A stretch of 64,000 nucleotides of DNA, from positions 248,962 through 312,961 of the forward strand of contig CAVTHV010000018.1 of the NCBI GenBank assembly GCA_963734595.1, given 5' to 3'. Of this stretch, positions 58,218 to 64,000 are shown one piece after another (within the stretch, counting starts at the first letter, position 1; the number at the start of each line of letters is the position of its first letter). The translations under genes and the position numbers were made by a program. The notes under the pieces were generated by a model. It was not told the DNA's origin and did not search any database. It saw nothing but the letters and a program-made list of their open reading frames with translations. The stretch comes from an uncultured beta proteobacterium (GTDB lineage: Bacteria > Pseudomonadota > Gammaproteobacteria > Burkholderiales > SG8-41).

Positions 58218-61200
58218 TTGAAAATTGACCCCGAACAGCGCCTGCGCAATCTGCCGCAGCCGACTTACCCCGAAGACCTGCCGGTCGTCGCCCGGCGCGA
58301 GGAGATCGCGCGCGCCATCGCCGCCAACCAGGTCGTCATCGTCTGCGGCGAGACCGGCTCGGGCAAGACCACGCAGCTGCCCAAGATCTGCCTCGAGCTG
58401 AAGCGCGGCGTCGCCGGCCTGATCGGCCACACGCAGCCGCGGCGCATCGCCGCGCGCACCGTCGCCGCGCGCATCGCCCAGGAACTGAAATCCCCGCTCG
58501 GCCACGCCGTCGGCTTCAAGGTGCGCTTCGCCGACAAGCTGTCGGCCAACACCTACATCAAGCTCATGACCGACGGCATCCTGCTCGCCGAAACCCAGGG
58601 CGACCGGCTGCTGAACGCCTACGACACGCTGATCATCGACGAGGCGCACGAGCGCAGCCTCAACATCGATTTCCTGCTCGGGCTATGTGAAGCGCATCCT
58701 GCCGCAGCGTCCCGATCTCAAGCTGATCGTCACCTCGGCCACCATCGACGCCGAGCGCTTCTCGCAGCACTTCGACGACGCGCCGGTGATCGAAGTCTCG
58801 GGCCGCACTGTATCCGGTGGAGATGCGCTACCGGCCGCTCGCCGCCAGTGACGACGACGAGCAGGAACAGGACATGGAGCAGGCGATCCTCGACGCCGCG
58901 GACGAGCTCGCGCGCGAGCGCGCGGGCGGCGACATCCTGGTGTTCCTGCCCGGCGAGCGCGAGATCCGCGACACCGCCGAGCTCCTGCGCAAGCACCATC
59001 CGCCGGGCACCGAAATCCTGCCGCTCTATGCGCGGCTGTCGTTCGAGGAGCAGGAGCGCGTGTTCCAGCCCGGCGGCGCGCGCCGCATCGTGCTCGCCAC
59101 CAACGTCGCCGAAACCTCGCTCACCGTGCCCGGCATCCATTACGTGATCGACACCGGGCTCGCGCGCATGAACCGCTACAGCTACCGCAACAAGGTCGAG
59201 CAGCTGCAGGTCGAGAAAATCTCGCGCGCCTCCGCCAACCAGCGCGCCGGCCGCTGCGGGCGGGTGGCGGCGGGCGTGTGCATCCGGCTTTACGCGGAAG
59301 AGGATTACGCGGCGCGGCCCGAGTTCACCGACCCGAGATCCTGCGCTCGTCGCTGGCGGCGGTGATCCTGCGCATGAAGTCGCTGAGGATCGGCGAGATC
59401 GAGGACTTTCCGTTTCTCGAGCCGCCGACCCCGCGCATGATCGCCGACGGCTACCAGCTGCTGGCCGAGCTCGGCGCGGTCGACGAAAACAACCAGCTGA
59501 CGCCGGTCGGCTGGCAGCTCGCGAAATTCCCGATCGACCCGCGCATCGCGCGCATGATCGTCGCCGCGAAACAGGAGAACTGTCTCACCGAGGTGCTGAT
59601 CATCGCTTCCGCGCTGACGGTGCAGGACCCGCGCGAGCGGCCGTTCGAGCGCGCCGAGGCCGCCGACCGCGCGCACCAGGCTTTCCAGGACGAGCGCTCG
59701 GACTTCCTCGCCTATCTCAAGCTGTGGGCGTTCTTCGAGGAGGCGCTGAAGCACAAGAAGTCGAACCGCAAGCTCGCGGAACTGCTGCACGCGAACTTTC
59801 TGTCGCACCGGCGCATGCGCGAATGGCGCGACATCCACGGCCAGCTCGCCGCGCTACACGGGCGAGCTCGGCATGCTCGCCAACGAGACGCCGGCGAGCT
59901 TCGAGCAGATCCACCGCGCGCTGCTCGCGGGGCTGCTCGGCAACATCGGCTTCAAGAACGAGGAGGGCGAGTATCTCGGCGCGCGCGCGATCAAGTTCGC
60001 GATCTTCCCCGGCTCGGTGCTGCGCAAAGCGCAGCCCAAATGGGTGATGGCCGCCGAACTGACCGAGACCACGCGGCTCTACGCGCGCTGCGTCGCGAAA
60101 ATCGATCCGGAATGGATAGAGCCGGTGGCGCAAGCGCTGGTCAAAAAGCATTACTTCGATCCGCACTGGGAAAAGGAGCGCGCGATGGTGGTCGCGTTCG
60201 AGCGCGTCACGCTCTACGGCCTCACCATCGTCGCCAAGCGCCGCGTGCACTACGGCCCGATCGACCCGAAGGAAGCGCGCGAAATTTTCATCCGCCGCGC
60301 GCTCGCCGCCGGCGACTACCTGACGCGCTCGACGTTTTATGAACACAATCAACGGCTTATTAAAGAAGTGCAGGAACTCGAGCACAAGGCGCGGCGGCGC
60401 GACGTGCTGGTCGACGAGCAGGTGATTTTCGAGTTCTACGATGCGCTGATCCCGCCGGGCATCCACAACGGCGCGGCGTTCGAGAAATGGCGGCGCGAGG
60501 CCGAAGCGCAAGGACCCGAAGCTGCTGTACCTGACGCGCGACTACCTGATGCGGCACGCGGCCTCCGATATCACGGAAGCGCAGTTCCCGGAAACGCTCG
60601 CCGCGGCCGGCACCGAACTTGCGCTCAAGTACCGTTTCGATCCCGGCCACGCGCTCGACGGCGTGACGGCGACCGTGCCGCTGCATCTGCTGAACCAGCT
60701 CGAGGCGGCGGACTTCGACTGGCTGGTGCCGGGACTGATCCGCGACAAGGTTGCGTTCGCGTTCAAGGCGCTGCCGAAAACGATCCGCAGAAACCTGGTG
60801 CCGGTGCCGGAACAGGTGACCGGCATTCCTGACGGAATGCGAAAAGCGGGAGGCGGGAGGCGGGAGGACGGGAACCGCTTGCGGACGGCGCTCGCGCGCG
60901 TATCGTGCAGCGCGCAGTGGGTGCGCCGGTGGCGGCCGAGGTGCTGGAGGCGATCGACTACCCGCCGCATCTCAGGATGAATTTCCGCGTCGTCGACGAC
61001 GCCGGGCGCGAACTGGCGGGCGGGCGCGATCTCGCCGCGCTGAAGGCGCAGCTTGAGCCAGGCGGCGCAGCTCACGTTCGGCAAAGCCGAGCCCGGCATC
61101 GAGCGCGACAACATCCGCACCTGGGACTTCGGCGACCTGCCGCGGGAAATTGCGTTCGACCGCGGCGGCCACCGGCTGACCGGCTACCCGGCGCTGGTGG

Positions 61201-61961
61201 ACGAGGGCGACAGCGTCGCGATCCGCCTGTTCGACGTGCCGCAGACCGCCGAGGCGGCGATGCGCGCCGGCGTCACGCGCCTGATGCGCCTCATGCTCAA
61301 GGAGCAGATGAAGCAGCTCGAAAAGGGCCTGCGCGGCTTCGAGCAGGCGGCGCTGCAGCTGCGCGCCGTCGCGAACGCGGACGATTTGCGCGGGGACCTG
61401 ATCGCCGCGATCACCGACCGCGCGTTCATCGGCGAGGACGCGCTGCCGCGCACGCAGCAGGAATTCGAGGTCCAGGTGAAGCGCGCGCGCACGCGCCTGC
61501 CGGCGGTGAGCGAGGCGGCGTGCCGGCTGTTCGTCGCGATCGCCGCCGAATATCACAGCGTGTCGCTGAAGCTCGGCGGCAGCGGCGGGGCGCTCGCGCG
61601 CGTCGCGGCCGACGTGCGCGCGCAACTCGCGCGGCTCGTCTGCAAGGGCTTTATCAGCGCGACGCCGTGGGAGCAGCTCGCGCATCTGCCGCGCTATCTG
61701 AAGGCGCTGGCGCTGCGGCTCGAAAAATATGCGCGCGATCCCGCGCGCGACGCGAAGCACGCGCAAAGCATCGCCGAGCTGTGGAAGCGTTACGAGGAAA
61801 GACTGGACAAGCAGAGGAAGGCGGGCGCGGTGGATCCGCGGCTGGAGGAATTCCGCTGGCAGCTCGAAGAGCTGCGGGTGTCGCTGTTCGCGCAGGAGCT
61901 GAAGACGCCGTACCCGGTGTCCTACAAGCGGCTGGACAAGATCTGGAATGCGATGCGGTGA
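58218..61961 (+). pseudogene. hrpA: ATP-dependent RNA helicase HrpA, about 7 frameshifts
   Basis: [48 protein letters not shown] and QRAGRCGR motifs, plus the long HrpA C-terminal region, distributed over ORFs 58218.., 58817.., 59278.., 59873.., 60549.., 60905.., 61053..61961. Confidence 0.85.
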
Positions 61962-62035
61962 GAAAATCAAAAAGAGCATTAACGCAAAGGGCGCAAAGGT
62001 TCGCGAAGTAACGCAAAGGGTAGCCAGGGCAGGGC

Positions 62036-62062
62036 TTATCAAAGTTCTGGTCTGGATAATTA
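62036..62062 (+). promoter_or_regulatory. promoter-like box pair in module M, copy 1 upstream of the GxxExxY gene
   Basis: TTATCA - 15 nt - TAATTA on the plus strand. Confidence 0.3.
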
Positions 62063-62165
62063 GCGGCTCTGTGCGGTTATGCGAACGCCGGCTGAAATCC
62101 GGGACAAAAAGCATGAACGCAAAGGACGCGAAGGATCGCAAAGGAAGGCCAGGATTTATCAAAGG

Positions 62166-62193
62166 ACCGGAACTGGATAATACGACGCTGTGC
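62166..62193 (+). promoter_or_regulatory. promoter-like box pair in module M, copy 2 upstream of the GxxExxY gene
   Basis: TTATCA - 16 nt - TAATAC on the plus strand. Confidence 0.3.
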
Positions 62194-62371
62194 GGTTATG
62201 CGGATGCCTGGTGGAATCCAGGACAAAAAAGCATGAACGCGAAGGACGCGAAGGTTCGCAAAGGAAGACAAGACCGAAATTTAATAAGAACCGGCAATTA
62301 ACAAACCGATAACCTGTAACCGCCGCTGCGTTGTGCGTTAGTGGACCTGTGGCGTCAATCAGGAAGGCAGC

Positions 62372-62739
62372 ATGGACGAAGAAGCTGCAGCAAGGCAGGT
62401 GCTCGATTCAGCGATGAAGGTTCATACTGCGCTGGGGCCGGGCCTGCTGGAAAGTGCCTACGAAGTCTGCCTGGACTACGAACTGTCGAAACGCGGCATA
62501 AACGTCAGCAAGCAGGTGCCGATAGCCGTCCGTTACGATGGGGTCGCGACTCCTGCATAGTCTGACTGGTCGAGAGCAAGGTCGTGGTTGAAGTAAAGGC
62601 TATTGAAAAACTTCTGCCGTTACATCATGCACAACTGCTCAGTTACCTGAAACTCGGCGGATACAAGATCGGCCTGTTGCTGAACTTCCATGCCCTTCAC
62701 CTGCGGGACGGGATTAAACGCATCGTCAACGGCATTTAA
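62372..62739 (+). pseudogene. GxxExxY protein (PD-(D/E)XK nuclease-like family), disrupted
   Basis: AGGAAGG RBS. MDEEAAARQVLDSAMKVHTALGPGLLESAYEVCLDYELSKRGINVSKQVPIAVRYDGV..., then a stop at 62558-62560. The family-typical C-terminus LVESKVVVEVKAIEKLLPLHHAQLLSYLKLGGYKIGLLLNFHALHLRDGIKRIVNGI continues in another frame from 62566 to TAA at 62737-62739. A few residues around the junction appear to be deleted. Confidence 0.75.
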
Positions 62740-62953
62740 CCCCTCCGTCTATCTGGTCCTCGATATTTTTAGCTTTTCCTTCGCGAACCTTTGCGTCATT
62801 GCTTCATGCTTTTGACCTCGTTGTTTACTCCCGTAGCAGCCGGCATTTCTATTTCCCCGAATTCCGGTTTTCGATAAATATTATTTCTGTATTTCCTTAG
62901 CGAACCTTTGCGATCCTTCGCGTCCATTGCGTTAATGCTTTTGAACTTAAACA

Positions 62954-63793
62954 TCACTCCCGCACCAGCCAATCCACCTTCACCCCGCCCGCGCCGTCGA
63001 CCGACAGCGCGCGCCACAGCCAATCCAGCAGCGGCTGCGCTTCGTCCTTGAACTGCCACGGCGGGTTCACCACCAGCATGCCGCAGCCGGGAATCACCGG
63101 CGAATTCTCCGCCATGATCGAAAACTCCAGCCGCAGGATCTTGCGGATGCCGGTCTTCTCCACGTCGCGCGCGAAGCCGAGCATGGCGCCATGCGCCATC
63201 AGCGGATACCAGATCGCATACGTGCCGGTCGCCCAGCGCTCGTGCGCTTCCTTCAGCGCCGTGGCGATGCGCGCGAATTCCTTCGCGCGGTCGAACGAGG
63301 AATCGATCAGCACCAGCCCGCGCCGCTCTTTCGGCGGCAGGTACGCTTTCAGCGCCTGGTAGCCGTCGAGCAGCTGGATCACCGTCTGCTGCTCGCGTCC
63401 CATCCACTTGCAGAGGTCGGCAAAATCGGTCTTGTTGAGCTCGGTCAGCACCATGCGGTCGCCGGGGCGCATGAGCCCGCGCGCGATGCGCGGCGAGCCG
63501 GGATAGAACCGCAGCTTGTGGTCGGGGTTTTCCGCCTTCACCGCGTCGAGGTACGGCGCGAGCGCCGCGGGGATGTCCTTGCGGTCCCACAGGCGGGCGA
63601 TGCCGTTCTCGTATTCGCGCACCTTCTGCGCCCAGGCGTGGGTGAGGTCGTAGCGGCCGATGCCGGCGTGGGTGTCGAGATAGAAGTAGGGCTTGTCCTT
63701 TTGCGCGAGCGCGACGAGCAGCCGCGTGAGCAGCGCGTGCTTGAAGACGTCGGCGAAATTGCCGGCGTGGAAGAGGTGGCGGTAGGAGAGCAT
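62954..63793 (-). CDS. rlmJ: 23S rRNA (adenine2030-N6)-methyltransferase RlmJ
   Basis: MLSYRHLFHAGNFADVFKH...YPGSP...LIDSSFD...WYP...NPPW. Confidence 0.9.
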   Translation of the reverse strand: MLSYRHLFHAGNFADVFKHALLTRLLVALAQKDKPYFYLDTHAGIGRYDLTHAWAQKVREYENGIARLWDRKDIPAALAPYLDAVKAENPDHKLRFYPGSPRIARGLMRPGDRMVLTELNKTDFADLCKWMGREQQTVIQLLDGYQALKAYLPPKERRGLVLIDSSFDRAKEFARIATALKEAHERWATGTYAIWYPLMAHGAMLGFARDVEKTGIRKILRLEFSIMAENSPVIPGCGMLVVNPPWQFKDEAQPLLDWLWRALSVDGAGGVKVDWLVRE

Positions 63794-63817
63794 GCTTGCT
63801 CTAAGCTTAGAAAATCG

Positions 63818-64000
63818 TTTAAAAGCATAGACGCGAAGGACACAAAGGATCGCGAAGGAAATCGAAAACGAAAACGAGATACAAAAATAAAAATGATCCC
63901 GAAGCGGAACGGTGGGCGGCGACTCTTATTCAAGAACCGATTAATTGCCCGGCATCGAATTTATTGTTATGCCTTCCTTTGCGTGTCCTTCGCGTCCTTT
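63818..64000. repeat. palindromic element, copy 19 (runs into the window end)
   Basis: TTTAAAAGCATAGACGCGAAGGACACAAAGGATCGCGAAGGAAATCG ... GCCTTCCTTTGCGTGTCCTTCGCGTCCTTT. Confidence 0.8.

Larger units (their letters stand above)
61965..62943 (+). mobile_element. full-length cassette of the palindromic-element family carrying a GxxExxY (PD-(D/E)XK-like) gene
   Basis: Three left termini/arms (61965-62027, 62103-62160, 62225-62270) alternate with two copies of module M in the same orientation as the cargo gene. The cargo is at 62372-62739. Two right arms/termini lie at 62774-62813 and 62892-62943, and the last abuts the rlmJ stop. Confidence 0.7.

Noticed and set aside
60836-60870. GGAGGCGGGAGGCGGGAGGACGGGA short tandem repeat inside hrpA.
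   Set aside because: It lies in a poorly conserved linker of HrpA next to frameshifts. This is most simply a low-complexity coding segment or a local indel, not a separate feature.
61948-62301. ORFs running through the repeat arms that encode peptides such as KSINAKGAKVRE...KSMNAKDAKDRKG, LCVLCV and TENTEVTE (also 5719..5964, 20997..21197, 23331..23593, 28790..29074, 30166..30375, 57687..58054, 62077..62271).
   Set aside because: These are translation artefacts of the simple-repeat arms. The reading frame is not conserved between copies, and there are no RBS sites or consistent starts.
1-64000. Search for tRNA, rRNA, tmRNA, transposase, integrase, phage, CRISPR-Cas or known defence-system genes.
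   Set aside because: I recognised none. There are no tRNA-like T-arm or anticodon-arm patterns, and no ORF has recombinase, transposase, reverse transcriptase or Cas signatures.

Overview
This is a high-GC chromosomal segment. It looks betaproteobacterial, Burkholderiales-like, but that is inferred only from gene content: three Bug/TctC receptors, ExeA-GspB, PhaC, HrpA, RlmJ and an RND efflux operon next to a LysR regulator. I call about 55 protein genes, mostly housekeeping, redox and transport functions. I found no rRNA, tRNA, CRISPR array, transposase or integrase.

Three things stand out.

1. Repeat family. At least 19 copies of an unusual intergenic palindromic element occupy roughly 4 kb by my hand count. 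Each has conserved AAAAGCATKAAC-type termini, arms made of short simple repeats whose unit differs between copies (GCGAAGGAC, CACAGAGAA, GTGATTGA, GGGATGAG, ACAGGATT), and non-conserved cores. The ends sit at or within a few nt of stop codons. One full-length copy (61965-62943) carries a disrupted GxxExxY (PD-(D/E)XK-like) gene behind tandem promoter-like modules.

2. Candidate selenoproteins. Two genes have in-frame TGA codons at redox-cysteine positions with downstream hairpins: a UGSC-motif protein (5955-6497), and a DedA-rhodanese fusion reading YCS-TGA-PNEASAA (39675-40655). A third, ambiguous CNY-TGA sits in an AhpD-like gene.

3. Frameshifts. About 20 genes are interrupted by frameshifts, strongly clustered in the RND operon, hrpA and exeA, while long neighbouring genes are intact. 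This is either assembly indel error or real gene decay.

Genes with 2 or more disruptions are typed as pseudogene. Single-frameshift genes are kept as CDS with a note. All coordinates for disrupted genes and for repeats were derived by eye and are approximate.
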